Counted from the stretch's first letter, positions 8,229 through 18,374 are shown. The stretch: 64,000 bases of DNA from an uncultured Mycoplasmatota bacterium (GCA_900549285.1 URNW01000004.1:18969-82968), one strand, 5' to 3'. Notes: generated by a model from the sequence alone, not told the origin. Program-made: numbers and translations.

Positions 8229-9221
8229 TTAGTCTAAATTGGTTAAATATTTTTTATAATTATTTAAAACATTCAAAAAAGCTTCTTCTGTTTTGGTTTT
8301 ACAAATTAAATCTTTATAGTATTTTGCTTCTGGTAGTCCTTTTATATAGGCTAAAGCATGAGTTCTGATTTCTAATAATGCTAATTTTTCATTTTTATCT
8401 TCCTTTAAAAGTTTATAATGTCTTTCTATCATTTCAATTTTATCTAGTCGTGTTGGTTTATCAATTAATATGCCATGTTCTAAATATTCTTTACATTCTT
8501 TAAAAATCCAAGGATTACCAATCGCTCCTCGCCCAATCATTACGGCATCACAACCTGTATATTCAAGCATTTCTTTAGCTTTTTCTCTACTTGTTACATC
8601 CCCATTTCCAATAACAGGGATAGAAACAGATGCTTTTACTTGTTTTATAATATCCCAATTTGCTTTACCACTATAACCTTGGGCTCTAGTTCTAGCATGA
8701 ATAGCAATGGCACTTGCTCCTGCACTTTCACAAACTTTTGCTACCTCACAAGCATTTATATGCTCTTCATCCCAGCCACTTCTTATTTTAACTGTTACTG
8801 GAACAGATACAGCATTTACTACTGCACTAACAATTTCTTTGATTTTGTTAGGATCTTTTAATAGTGCACTTCCCGCTTGGGCTCTTAGAGCAACTTTCGG
8901 AACAGGGCATCCCATATTTATATCAATTATATCTGGATGCATTTGTTCTTCTACTATTTTTGCTGAGGCCACAAAAGAGGCAATATCACTACCAAATATT
9001 TGTTGAGCAATAGGTCGCTCACTTTCACTCATTTTTAATAATTCTAGAGTTTTGCTATTTTTATACATTAAAGCATTTGAACTTACCATTTCAGCATAAA
9101 TCAATCCTGCTCCCATACTTTTTACTATTTTCCGATATGAAGTATTTGAAATACCTGCCATAGGAGCTAAAACTAATCTACTAGGAATTAAAACGTCTTT
9201 AATGTAAAAGCTATTTTTCAA
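8229..9221 (-). CDS. dusB: tRNA-dihydrouridine synthase
   Basis: 330 aa. LAPMAGISNTSYRKI, DINMGCPV and a TIM-barrel Dus pattern. Confidence 0.9.
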   Translation of the reverse strand: MKNSFYIKDVLIPSRLVLAPMAGISNTSYRKIVKSMGAGLIYAEMVSSNALMYKNSKTLELLKMSESERPIAQQIFGSDIASFVASAKIVEEQMHPDIIDINMGCPVPKVALRAQAGSALLKDPNKIKEIVSAVVNAVSVPVTVKIRSGWDEEHINACEVAKVCESAGASAIAIHARTRAQGYSGKANWDIIKQVKASVSIPVIGNGDVTSREKAKEMLEYTGCDAVMIGRGAIGNPWIFKECKEYLEHGILIDKPTRLDKIEMIERHYKLLKEDKNEKLALLEIRTHALAYIKGLPEAKYYKDLICKTKTEEAFLNVLNNYKKYLTNLD

Positions 9222-9780
9222 TTTCTACCTCATCACCTGTTTTTAGAAGGAAACAATTCGCATCATCTTTATCAATATGAATTTCATAAAAGCCATTATC
9301 GCTTACTTTAACAAAAGCTTCCATGATTCCCCCTTTATCATTATCAATTATTAATTTTACTAAATCTTCATTTTTTAAGCCTAATTCTTTGGCTTTTTGA
9401 GGATTCATATGAACATGTCTTTCTGCTTGAATACATGCATCATGGAGGGTTACTTCTCCTTTTGGACCAACAATAGTAATTGTCTCACTATCTTCTAAAT
9501 CACCACTTTGACGTACAGGAGGATTTAAACCTAATACATAAGCATCTGATTTTGATATTTCTACTTGATTATATTTTCTTAATGGACCAATTAATCTAAC
9601 ATTAGGTATTTCTGCTTTTTCGGTCTTTAAAGTTACTGTTTGAAAAGAAGCAAATTCTCCTATCTGATTTAAAGGCCTTTTTATACTTAAAGGTTCATCA
9701 AATAATTGATCATAAACCTCTTTAGTTAAATGTAAATGTCTATTACTCACTGCTATTTTTCCTGTTATTCTTTCTTTCAT
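9211..9780 (-). CDS. pduL: phosphate propanoyl/acetyl-transferase PduL
   Basis: 189 aa with two PduL repeats (VSNRHLHLT and ERHVHMN). Confidence 0.85.
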   Translation of the reverse strand: MKERITGKIAVSNRHLHLTKEVYDQLFDEPLSIKRPLNQIGEFASFQTVTLKTEKAEIPNVRLIGPLRKYNQVEISKSDAYVLGLNPPVRQSGDLEDSETITIVGPKGEVTLHDACIQAERHVHMNPQKAKELGLKNEDLVKLIIDNDKGGIMEAFVKVSDNGFYEIHIDKDDANCFLLKTGDEVEIEK

Positions 9781-9874
9781 TTTATCACTCTTTTCTGATA
9801 TCTATTTTACCATTTTTTAAAGAAAAAAAGAAGATTAATTTTAATTCTTCTAAATTCTTTTGTAAACGAAATTT

Positions 9875-11341
9875 TTAATTTTTTAAATTCTTTTTAATAT
9901 CTTCAATCACATCTAATTCACTAAAATAATACTTTACTCCTTTAACATCTTGATATTCTTCATGACCTTTCCCAACCAAAAGAATCAAATCTCCTTCTTG
10001 AGCATTTTTACAAGCATATTTTATTGCATCAGCTCGATCAGTTATTTCAATATACTTCGCACCTACTTTATCTAACCCTACTTTAATATCATTATTAATA
10101 CTACTAATTTCTTCAAATCTTGGATTATCCATTGTAATAATACTAAAATCACTGGCACCCCCAATAATTTCTCCAAGATTATATCTTCTTTCTTTGGGAC
10201 GATTTCCTCCACCGCCAAAAACACTAATTAATCTTTGAGGTTTATAGGCTCGTAATGTTTTTACCAAACATTTCATGCCATCTTCTGTATGAGCATGATC
10301 AATTAATACTTTATATTTGGGGGTTACTAAAGCAATTTCCATGCGACCTCTTACTTTTATTTTTTCTAAAGCATCTTTCGCTTTTTTTATGTCTACTCCT
10401 AATTTATAGCATACAAGAATGGCACATATAGAGTTATAAATGTTAAATTCTCCTGGCATACCTGTTTTAAAATTTTCTTTTATTAATCCTTCTGTTTTAA
10501 ATTCAGTACCAAAAAATTCAGTATTATTAATTAAATGAACTTCTGTTACTTTTAAATCAGCATTATTCTTGATTCCATAGGTTGTAATTGGTTCTTTTAC
10601 GCCTTTTAATACCTCATCTAAGTATAGAGAATCACTATTACTAATAATCTCCTTACTATTTAAAAACATTTTATTTTTACATGATACATATTCTTCATGA
10701 GAAGCATGTTCATTGGGGCCAATATGATCACTTGTTACATTTGTAAGTACACCAATATCAAATATCATACCTGCTAGACGATTCATTTTAAAGGCTTGAC
10801 TTGATGCTTCCATTACAACATGTGTAATACCATTATCAAGCATCTGCCTAAAAGCTGCTTGAATTTCATATGATTCAGGAGTTGTATTATTGGTTTCTAT
10901 CACTTTATTTTTATATTTTATTCCTTGACTACCAATTAATCCACATTCTATATTAGAAAAGGCAAGCATATCCCTAATCATATGAGTTGTTGTAGTTTTT
11001 CCTGTTGTTCCTGTAACTGCGATTAATTTCAATTTAGATTGAGGATGATCAAAATAATTCATAGACATATATGATAAAGCAATTCTTGTGTCATCTACTT
11101 TAATTACCGTTACATCTTCATTTATTTCTAACAATTTTGAAATAATAATTACTTTAGCACCATTTTTGATGGCATCTAAGATATAATCATGACCATCATT
11201 GGTAGATCCTATTAAAGCAACATAGATATCATTTTCTTTTACTTTACGACTATCATATTTTATATCTTCTATTTCTATGTCTTCTCTACCTTTTAAAGTT
11301 TTATGATATACCCCATTTAAAATATTTTTTAAATTTGTCAT
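9875..11341 (-). CDS. murE: UDP-N-acetylmuramoyl-L-alanyl-D-glutamate--2,6-diaminopimelate ligase
   Basis: GTTGKTTTTHM P-loop. The DNPR motif (MDNPRFE) is usually linked to meso-DAP specificity. The ORF track starts at 11353, but that ATG lies inside the SD (ATGGAGGTAAAAATG), so I prefer ATG 11341. Confidence 0.9.
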   Translation of the reverse strand: MTNLKNILNGVYHKTLKGREDIEIEDIKYDSRKVKENDIYVALIGSTNDGHDYILDAIKNGAKVIIISKLLEINEDVTVIKVDDTRIALSYMSMNYFDHPQSKLKLIAVTGTTGKTTTTHMIRDMLAFSNIECGLIGSQGIKYKNKVIETNNTTPESYEIQAAFRQMLDNGITHVVMEASSQAFKMNRLAGMIFDIGVLTNVTSDHIGPNEHASHEEYVSCKNKMFLNSKEIISNSDSLYLDEVLKGVKEPITTYGIKNNADLKVTEVHLINNTEFFGTEFKTEGLIKENFKTGMPGEFNIYNSICAILVCYKLGVDIKKAKDALEKIKVRGRMEIALVTPKYKVLIDHAHTEDGMKCLVKTLRAYKPQRLISVFGGGGNRPKERRYNLGEIIGGASDFSIITMDNPRFEEISSINNDIKVGLDKVGAKYIEITDRADAIKYACKNAQEGDLILLVGKGHEEYQDVKGVKYYFSELDVIEDIKKNLKN

Positions 11342-11358
11342 TTTTACCTCCATTTAGG

Positions 11359-12213
11359 TTATTTTTTTTCTATTATATGAGAAACATCTATTTCACTTTC
11401 GAATACGAAATTACTTGGTCCTTTCATGAAAAGTTCACCATTTTCAGCATATTCAATTTCAAGTATTCCTCCTATTTGCTCTACTTTACATTTTCTATTC
11501 GTTAGGCCTAGGAGGCTTGCTATTACTACAGCTGTAGAACACCCTGTTCCACAACCAATTGTTTCACCAGTTCCTCTTTCCCATTCTCTTATTTTAATGT
11601 AGTTTTTATTTACGATTTCGGCAAAAGTTACATTGGTTCTATTTGGAAAGATTTCCCGATTATTTTCTATAGCAGGGCCAAAACTTGCTACATCAAAATT
11701 CATGACGTCATCAACAAATAAAACGGTATGAGGATTTCCCCAAGATAAACTACTTAATTTAAAAGTTTGATCTAATATCTTAACTTCTTCTAAAATAAAT
11801 TTATCCTTCTTTGTATTTACAGGAATCTTTTTTGAATCAAATATTGGTTTGGAAATATTAGCACGAATATTACTAACCTTACCATCTGTAACTTCTAATT
11901 CTAAAGTTTTAATTCCACCTAAAGTTTCAACTTTTAGGGTTGTCTTATCTGTTAATTTATGATCATATACATATTTACCCACACTGCGAATTGCATTGCC
12001 ACACATTTCAGCTTCTGTTCCATCAGGATTAAAAATACGCATTTTAAAGTCTGCTAACTTGCTTGGACAAATCAAAACCATTCCATCACTCCCTATTCCA
12101 AAATGACGGTCTGATACAAAACGAGCTAATTCATTTAAATTATCTAATTTTTGGTTTATGGCATCTATATATACATAATCATTACCATAAGCTTGCATTT
12201 TTGTAAATCTCAT
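11359..12213 (-). CDS. dapF: diaminopimelate epimerase
   Basis: 284 aa. MQAYGNDYVYID, catalytic Cys in MCGNAIRS and a second in GCGTGCSTA. Confidence 0.92.
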   Translation of the reverse strand: MRFTKMQAYGNDYVYIDAINQKLDNLNELARFVSDRHFGIGSDGMVLICPSKLADFKMRIFNPDGTEAEMCGNAIRSVGKYVYDHKLTDKTTLKVETLGGIKTLELEVTDGKVSNIRANISKPIFDSKKIPVNTKKDKFILEEVKILDQTFKLSSLSWGNPHTVLFVDDVMNFDVASFGPAIENNREIFPNRTNVTFAEIVNKNYIKIREWERGTGETIGCGTGCSTAVVIASLLGLTNRKCKVEQIGGILEIEYAENGELFMKGPSNFVFESEIDVSHIIEKK

Positions 12214-12221
12214 AGATCCTC

Positions 12222-13400
12222 CTATTCTAAAGCTTGAGCTAAATCATTAATGATATCTTCAGCATCTTCAATCCCTACTGATAATCTAAGCAAACGATCA
12301 TTGATACCTAATTTTAATCTTTCTTCTTCTGGTACTTCATGATGGGTTACTACTACAGGGTAACAAATTAAACTCTCTACTCCTCCTAGGCTACCTGCAA
12401 AAATAATCATATTTAACTTCTCTAATACTTTTAAAGCGGTTTCTTTTGTGTCTACCTCAAAAGATAATAAACCACCAAAGCCTGTTGATTGCTTTATTGT
12501 AGTTTTATAATCTTTATGATCTTTAAAGCCTGTAAAATATACTTTTGTTACTTTAGGATGATTTCTTAAAAATTCAGCTACTTTAATAGCATTTTCATTA
12601 TGTCTTTGCATTCTTATCTCTAAAGTTTTTAAGCCTCTTAAAGTTAACCAAGCATTTAATGGAGCTAAGCATGCTCCTTGATAAGTTAAAAAGGCACGCA
12701 TTGGAGAAAAGTATTCATCTGTTTTTGTAATTACAAAACCTGCCATAGTATCGTTGTGTCCTTCTAAATATTTCGTTCCACTATGAATTACGATATCTGC
12801 CCCTAATGTTAATGGCTTTTGATAATATGGTGTTAATAAGGTATTATCAACGACAACAATAATCCCTTTTTCCTTCGCTATTTTAGATATTTCAGCTATA
12901 TCTGTTACTTTCATAGTTGGATTAGTAGGGGACTCAATAAATACCATTTTTGTATTTTCTTTTATACTACTCTTAAATAATTCTAAATCACTTAAATCAA
13001 CAAATTCTGTTTCGATTCCTCTTTCTCTTAATTCAGTCTTAGCTATTTCATAAGTTCCCCCATAAATATCATCTGATAATATTAAATGATCTTTGTTTTT
13101 TAAAAGACTAAATACACACATAACAGCAGCCATTCCACTTGATAAAGCTAAAGCATGCTCTCCTTCTTCTAATATGGCTAGAGTTCGTTCTAATTCCTCT
13201 ACTGTTGGATTTTGAAGTCTCGTATAATCATATCCATAAGAATCTTGTAAAGCTCTAAAACGAAACGTTGCTGTTTGGAATATTGGAAAACTTACTGATC
13301 CTGTAAAGGGATCATGTCCTACTGCTCCATGTACAACTTTTGATCCTATTTTTAATTCTTCCTTTTTATCATATTCTTGATAGTTTGTAAATTTTTTCAT
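12222..13400 (-). CDS. Cys/Met-metabolism PLP-dependent enzyme (cystathionine beta-lyase/gamma-synthase family)
   Basis: 392 aa. YTRLQNPT and HSGTKYLEGHND (PLP lysine). Confidence 0.85.
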   Translation of the reverse strand: MKKFTNYQEYDKKEELKIGSKVVHGAVGHDPFTGSVSFPIFQTATFRFRALQDSYGYDYTRLQNPTVEELERTLAILEEGEHALALSSGMAAVMCVFSLLKNKDHLILSDDIYGGTYEIAKTELRERGIETEFVDLSDLELFKSSIKENTKMVFIESPTNPTMKVTDIAEISKIAKEKGIIVVVDNTLLTPYYQKPLTLGADIVIHSGTKYLEGHNDTMAGFVITKTDEYFSPMRAFLTYQGACLAPLNAWLTLRGLKTLEIRMQRHNENAIKVAEFLRNHPKVTKVYFTGFKDHKDYKTTIKQSTGFGGLLSFEVDTKETALKVLEKLNMIIFAGSLGGVESLICYPVVVTHHEVPEEERLKLGINDRLLRLSVGIEDAEDIINDLAQALE

Positions 13401-13520
13401 TATGAACCTCCTTATACAAACAATTATCTAATTTTAGTATAACATTTAGTAAAAAAATGTCAATAAAACTAGGTTTTACTTTACATTAAAACATATGAAA
13501 AAAGAAGTTATTTATTATTA

Positions 13521-14090
13521 TTACTTCTTATTTATTATTTCAAACAGTTTATTAATCTCATTATATGCTTCATTAAAATTATCCATTGCTATTTCATAAA
13601 CTTTTGTATTTTTTAACTTCTTTATATCACGAATTAAACTTTTATACATATTTTGTTGATTAACACTATTTTCTAAACTAAAATTTTGATAGTTATGATG
13701 TTCTCTATTTAATCTTATTTTATATATATTTACATCTTTCAAATATAAAGAAATATAATGAATATCATAATTTAAGTTTTCTAACATTTTTAATAGTTCA
13801 TTATATACATCATCAAAACTATATTCTTTATATCCTAGTTTACAATATACTTGTTCTGTAAAAAAAGTTCGATCAAAAACTAAATTAATATTGCTATTTT
13901 CAATTTCTTTCATATATTTCAATAAAGCATAATACATTTCTTTGCTTTTTATTTTTCCTTGTTCTGTTTTATCAGCTTGTCCTGATAGACGATAAAGATT
14001 TGATGCTGGAATATTTTCTCTTAAATAGTTTACTAAGTGTGTTTTCCCACATCCTTGTGGTCCTTCAACAATAATACATTGTGCTTTCAT
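13521..14090 (-). CDS. P-loop NMP-kinase-like protein (thymidylate-kinase-like, divergent)
   Basis: 189 aa. Walker A in IIVEGPQGCGKTHL. FDRTFFTEQVY resembles the Tmk DR..S.aYQ motif. No closer assignment is possible by eye. Confidence 0.4.
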   Translation of the reverse strand: MKAQCIIVEGPQGCGKTHLVNYLRENIPASNLYRLSGQADKTEQGKIKSKEMYYALLKYMKEIENSNINLVFDRTFFTEQVYCKLGYKEYSFDDVYNELLKMLENLNYDIHYISLYLKDVNIYKIRLNREHHNYQNFSLENSVNQQNMYKSLIRDIKKLKNTKVYEIAMDNFNEAYNEINKLFEIINKK

Positions 14091-14141
14091 TATTTTATTC
14101 TCCTATATCTTACATATTTATAATTCATTTTTTCTTTTTTC

Positions 14142-14225
14142 TTATTCTTTTTCCGTTAGTAATTTTATTTGTGTCTCTTTTCCAGAACAATCTGTTCCCT
14201 CAATTACGATTAATTTCCCTTTCAT
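14142..14225 (-). pseudogene. tmk: 27-codon remnant of thymidylate kinase N-terminus
   Basis: Minus-strand ATG at 14225, 4 nt after the ThyX-like stop, encodes MKGKLIVIEGTDCSGKETQIKLLTEKE-stop. This is a near-textbook Tmk start including the P-loop, but it ends after 27 codons. Confidence 0.6.
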
Positions 14226-14228
14226 AAT

Positions 14229-15536
14229 TTAAAATTTCCTTCTTATTCTTGGATGTCCGCATGGACTTGGGCACTTATAATCTGGATACATACATCTTAG
14301 CTTATTAATGTATGGCTTTAATCTTTCCGCTAATTCTGTTTTTCCTTCTTTTAAAAGTCCTTCATAAATATCTGGTAACATTACATTTGTAAACATATCT
14401 TCTGTTTCTAAAAATGCTCTATCGCATGCTCTTTCTTTCCCCACATAATTTACTAAATGTTTTAACGGACCATTAGCATTTACTTTAACTATTTTACCTT
14501 GAGGATAAAATTTATTAACTTTTAAAATATCGTTCAACCATTCCTTCGTTAAGTCTTCTTTTCCACTTAATAAAAGTGGTATATAGAATTTTTCTTCTTC
14601 TAAAGATGGGGTAGACATTTCATAATTGATAGTTCTATGACGGTGAAATTGGGCAAGGCTAGCTAAAGATATTTCCATATTATAACTAAATGCTACTCCG
14701 TATTCATTTGGCATACCTATTCCTGAAAATCTATTCCGTTCAGCAAATAAAGATAAATCTATTTCTTTATTATTTTTATATAATAAATCTTCACTTTCAT
14801 TTCTAGCTAATTTAGGACATAAATCATAGACATCTTTTTCTGTTAATAAAACATCAATATCTTTTAATCCTTGAATGAATTCTTTTAAATATGGTATTAA
14901 TAATTTTTCAAAATCATTTTGTGGACTCTCTATAATTCTTTGCATATATAAGCATAGCTTATTTATTTGAGCAAAAGGTACCGTGTAAGTTAATGTTGTT
15001 GGCATAAATACACTAACCATGTATCTAGCATTTTCTTGAGCTATCTTTTTTATTGCACTTGCTGCTTTCTTATTTGTTTTTTCTTCCGTATCTCCTTTGT
15101 TAAATTTCTTAAAAAAGTCTAGATATTCATGATTTAATATTTTAATAAAAATATTTAACCACTTATCATATAATTCTACTTCTAAATCACTAATATATTC
15201 ATTTGGTTTTACTTCTGTATATCTAAGTGATCTTTCATCAGCAGCATATTGATGTTCGTTGTTAAGAATCATACATAAAATTTTAGGAATTCCAACAATT
15301 TCTAATGATACCTGTGGTTGTTCACTTGGCGAAGTATGATCACTTATAATTGTATTTATTCCTCTTTCAATTATACGCTCTTCTGTTTCTGTTTCGCGTA
15401 TCATCACTGGTGTTATTTCGCCTTCTTTAAAACATACTGCTGCTTTAATTCCAGCATCATATAGTGCTTTCTTTTTATCAAATCTCTTTTTATTCTTTGT
15501 CAAAAATCCAGAGTTTGGATCTAATGTGATTTTCAA
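14229..15536 (-). CDS. tandem-domain ThyX-like (flavin-dependent thymidylate synthase family) protein
   Basis: 435 aa. The N half has DHTSPSEQ...ILNNEHQYAADERSLRYT and ENARYMVSVFMPT, ThyX-like but with RHR replaced by NNE. The C half has SLAQFHRHRTINYEMS, with RHR present but S.RY missing. Confidence 0.5.
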   Translation of the reverse strand: MKITLDPNSGFLTKNKKRFDKKKALYDAGIKAAVCFKEGEITPVMIRETETEERIIERGINTIISDHTSPSEQPQVSLEIVGIPKILCMILNNEHQYAADERSLRYTEVKPNEYISDLEVELYDKWLNIFIKILNHEYLDFFKKFNKGDTEEKTNKKAASAIKKIAQENARYMVSVFMPTTLTYTVPFAQINKLCLYMQRIIESPQNDFEKLLIPYLKEFIQGLKDIDVLLTEKDVYDLCPKLARNESEDLLYKNNKEIDLSLFAERNRFSGIGMPNEYGVAFSYNMEISLASLAQFHRHRTINYEMSTPSLEEEKFYIPLLLSGKEDLTKEWLNDILKVNKFYPQGKIVKVNANGPLKHLVNYVGKERACDRAFLETEDMFTNVMLPDIYEGLLKEGKTELAERLKPYINKLRCMYPDYKCPSPCGHPRIRRKF

Positions 15537-15568
15537 TGTACTTCTTCCTTTCTAGTTTTTATTATAGC

Positions 15569-15599
15569 AAAAAAGATATAGACATTCTATATCTTTTTT
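15569..15599. terminator. bidirectional hairpin terminator between clpC and the thyX-like gene
   Basis: AAAAAA-GATATAG-ACATT-CTATATC-TTTTTT. Confidence 0.6.
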
Positions 15600-15650
15600 C
15601 ATTTTATATTCTTCAAATTTAACATGCTTAGAAAATTGCAATTTTTAAAT

Positions 15651-17789
15651 TTAATTTTCTATTTTTAATTTATACTTATCAATTATTTTATTTAAATAAC
15701 GAAAGCCATATTTCTCATATGATGTATCTTTTAGTAATTTTTCGTACTCTAAATTTTCATCTTGTATTTTTTCTTTTAAATAACTTAGGGCTTGTTCTTT
15801 AGTTAGAGCATTAAATTCAATTATATCATCAAATCTTCCTAAAAATTCTTCACTAAAGTATTCCGTTAGATTGTCTTTTTTGGTATCTAAAAATCCAACG
15901 AAATTATTTTTATAAGCATTAGATGTCATAATAATTAAAGTATGAGAAAAGTCTATTTCTTCTCCGTGAGCATCATGAATTGTTCCTTCATCCATAATTT
16001 GTAAAAATAAATTCATTACACTTGGATGGGCTTTTTCTAATTCATCTACTAAAATAATAGAATATGGGTTATATTTTACTTCTTTCAATATAAATGAATC
16101 ATTATATCCTATATATCCACCATGTGTACCAATTAATTTACTTAATGAAGAAGAATCTTTATATTCACTCATATCTAATCGAATAAAATGATTGCCTGTT
16201 ATTTTACTAATTAATTTTACACTTGATGTTTTTCCTATACCACTTGGACCTATTAATAATAATTTAGTTTGATGTTCTTTCTCATAAAATAATTTTAAGT
16301 TCTCTATTAATTTATTTAATGGTTCTTCTTCATATAAAATATTTATAAATAATTCTTTTTTTAGTTTTTCTAATATTTCTTTTTTATTAACAAATAAAGG
16401 AATATTACTTTTCGCTTCAATTACTCTTAATATATCTTCTTTTGTAATACTATCATTTTTACTTTCTTTTATGGATTTTATTTTACTTTCTAATTCACTT
16501 ATTTTTAAACATATATCTAAAGCTTTATTAAACTTATTTTCTAAAACACTTTTTTCTTTTAACTTTGTTAGTTCTTTTAGCTTTTTTTCTACTTCTATTA
16601 ATTCATCTTTTTGTAAATTTTTTCTTTTTACATAAGCACATACACTATCTAATAAATCAATTGTTTTATCTGGATTCTTTTTTGTAAATAAATATTTATT
16701 TGCTAAAAAGGTCATGTCTTCTATATTTTCATTTGTTATCTTTATATTATGATGATGTTCATAAGTTTCTTTTAATCCCTTTAATATTTCTTTTGTTTCT
16801 TCTAAAGTTGGTTCTTTTATTAAAATAGTTTCAAATCTTCTTTCTAAAGCTTTATCTTTCGATATAAAACGTTCATATTCTTCTGTTGTCGTGGCTCCAA
16901 TTACTTTTATTTCTCCTCTTGCTAAATAAGGTTTTAAAATATCTCCTGCATTAATTGCTCCTTCTGCTCCTCCTGCATTTACCATAGTATGAATTTCATC
17001 TATAAATAAAATAATATTTTTATTTTTTATAATTTCTTTAATAATTTTAGTCAATCTTTCTTCAAATTCTCCACGATACTTTGTACCACTTACTAAATCT
17101 CCCATGGGTAAATCTATAATTTTTTTATTTAATAAAATCATAGGTACTTCTTTATTTTTAATTCTTCTAGCTAATTCTTCAACAATAGCGGTCTTTCCTA
17201 CTCCAGCTGGGCCTATTAAAAGAGGATTACACTTTTTTTTCCGCATTAAAACTTCTATTACACTATTAATCTCTTTATCTCTTCCTATTACTTTATCAAA
17301 ATTATTTGTCAAATCATTTAATACTCTCCCTACAGTCATTACTTCTAGTTTTTCCCCTTTTATATTTTGAGGCTTTATTTTTAATTCGTCATATAAGTCA
17401 TCTAAATTGATGTTCATTCCAATCATGATACGAATGGCTATTCCTTCTCCTTCTTCTAACATAGCTAGTAAGAGATGACTTTCTGTTACAACTCCTTTAT
17501 TATTTTCTTTTGCATCACTTAATGCGTTTGATAAAACTCTTTTTAGTAATGGCGTATAAAGATTTACATCTATATTTTTTTTAGGTATTCCTACTATATC
17601 AATTAATTCTTGTTTAAATTTTTTGTATGTTAATCCTATTTCTTCTAAACGATCTTTTATTTCACTGTTATTTTTTAATATAGCTAGTAATAAATGTTCG
17701 CTACCTACATAGGGATGCGATAATAGTTTTCTTTCTTCTTCTGCATCTTTTAAAATTTTACTTCCTATAAATCCAAAGTTATTAAACAT
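15651..17789 (-). CDS. clpC: ATP-dependent Clp protease ATP-binding subunit ClpC
   Basis: Two Clp_N repeats (GSEHLLLAIL and TESHLLLAML). Two AAA modules ([15 protein letters not shown] / ILFIDEIHT and GPSGIGKTSSV / IILVDELEKAH). A short coiled-coil M-domain and a VGF ClpP loop. I prefer ATG 17789 (SD GGAGG 6 nt upstream) over the track start 17807. Confidence 0.88.
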   Translation of the reverse strand: MFNNFGFIGSKILKDAEEERKLLSHPYVGSEHLLLAILKNNSEIKDRLEEIGLTYKKFKQELIDIVGIPKKNIDVNLYTPLLKRVLSNALSDAKENNKGVVTESHLLLAMLEEGEGIAIRIMIGMNINLDDLYDELKIKPQNIKGEKLEVMTVGRVLNDLTNNFDKVIGRDKEINSVIEVLMRKKKCNPLLIGPAGVGKTAIVEELARRIKNKEVPMILLNKKIIDLPMGDLVSGTKYRGEFEERLTKIIKEIIKNKNIILFIDEIHTMVNAGGAEGAINAGDILKPYLARGEIKVIGATTTEEYERFISKDKALERRFETILIKEPTLEETKEILKGLKETYEHHHNIKITNENIEDMTFLANKYLFTKKNPDKTIDLLDSVCAYVKRKNLQKDELIEVEKKLKELTKLKEKSVLENKFNKALDICLKISELESKIKSIKESKNDSITKEDILRVIEAKSNIPLFVNKKEILEKLKKELFINILYEEEPLNKLIENLKLFYEKEHQTKLLLIGPSGIGKTSSVKLISKITGNHFIRLDMSEYKDSSSLSKLIGTHGGYIGYNDSFILKEVKYNPYSIILVDELEKAHPSVMNLFLQIMDEGTIHDAHGEEIDFSHTLIIMTSNAYKNNFVGFLDTKKDNLTEYFSEEFLGRFDDIIEFNALTKEQALSYLKEKIQDENLEYEKLLKDTSYEKYGFRYLNKIIDKYKLKIEN

Positions 17790-17853
17790 AAAGTGCCTCC
17801 ATTTCATTCTATTCTAATGATGGAAAAAAAAGACCAACTTTATTCAAGTTTGG

Positions 17854-18321
17854 CTAATCTTTATTAATAAAATGAAAAATAGATTGATCTTTTAAATGCT
17901 TAAATACAAGGGATGGCTCTACTTTTGATTTTTTTAATTCACTTTCTTCTATCCAGTAAAATTTAGCTTTTTTCTTTTCTTCTAAATTTATGATAGAAGT
18001 TTGTTTATATACTTCAGGATTTTTAAACTTTAATTCATGAATGATTAGGATTTCATGATAAGGACTATTTGTATAGCGAGATGTAAAAAAATTTTCTAAT
18101 ATGCCAATTGTTCTTACATATTCTGTCTTTTCGTTTATCTCTTCTAATATTTCCCTTTTTATTGCTGTTATACTATCTTCTCCTAATTTACATCTACCCC
18201 CTATTAAGCCATAGTAGTCTACTTCTGAATTTTTTTCTACTAATAATTTATCTTGATATCTAATAATAGCCGCTACACGATAATTAAAAGTAAAGTCGTT
18301 TTCTTTAAAATTGATATCCAC
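17854..18321 (-). CDS. NUDIX hydrolase
   Basis: 155 aa with Nudix box GGRCKLGEDSITAIKREILEEI. Confidence 0.8.
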   Translation of the reverse strand: MDINFKENDFTFNYRVAAIIRYQDKLLVEKNSEVDYYGLIGGRCKLGEDSITAIKREILEEINEKTEYVRTIGILENFFTSRYTNSPYHEILIIHELKFKNPEVYKQTSIINLEEKKKAKFYWIEESELKKSKVEPSLVFKHLKDQSIFHFINKD

Positions 18322-18374
18322 TTCATAGCCTCCTTTTCTCTATTAAATTATATATCAAATAGAAAAGAAATCAA

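Noticed and set aside
8470-9006. Plus-strand ORFs of 68-99 aa inside dusB. Similar antisense ORFs occur inside clpB (36612-37058), the ABC genes (51906-52838), hup (54068-54442), pyk, ftsY and the ATPase.
   Set aside because: All are embedded antisense in strongly supported genes. Such ORFs are typical of AT-rich DNA, where stop codons are depleted on the opposite strand of coding regions.
13401-13520. Possible SAM riboswitch or T-box leader upstream of the Cys/Met PLP enzyme gene.
   Set aside because: The spacer is only ~120 nt. It is mostly the terminator of the upstream gene plus promoter-like AT-rich sequence, and it lacks the conserved riboswitch or T-box cores.
17790-17853. Looked for a CtsR operator (GGTCAAA direct repeat) upstream of clpC.
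   Set aside because: No such heptad repeat is present. Only an imperfect hairpin that probably terminates the upstream NUDIX gene was found.
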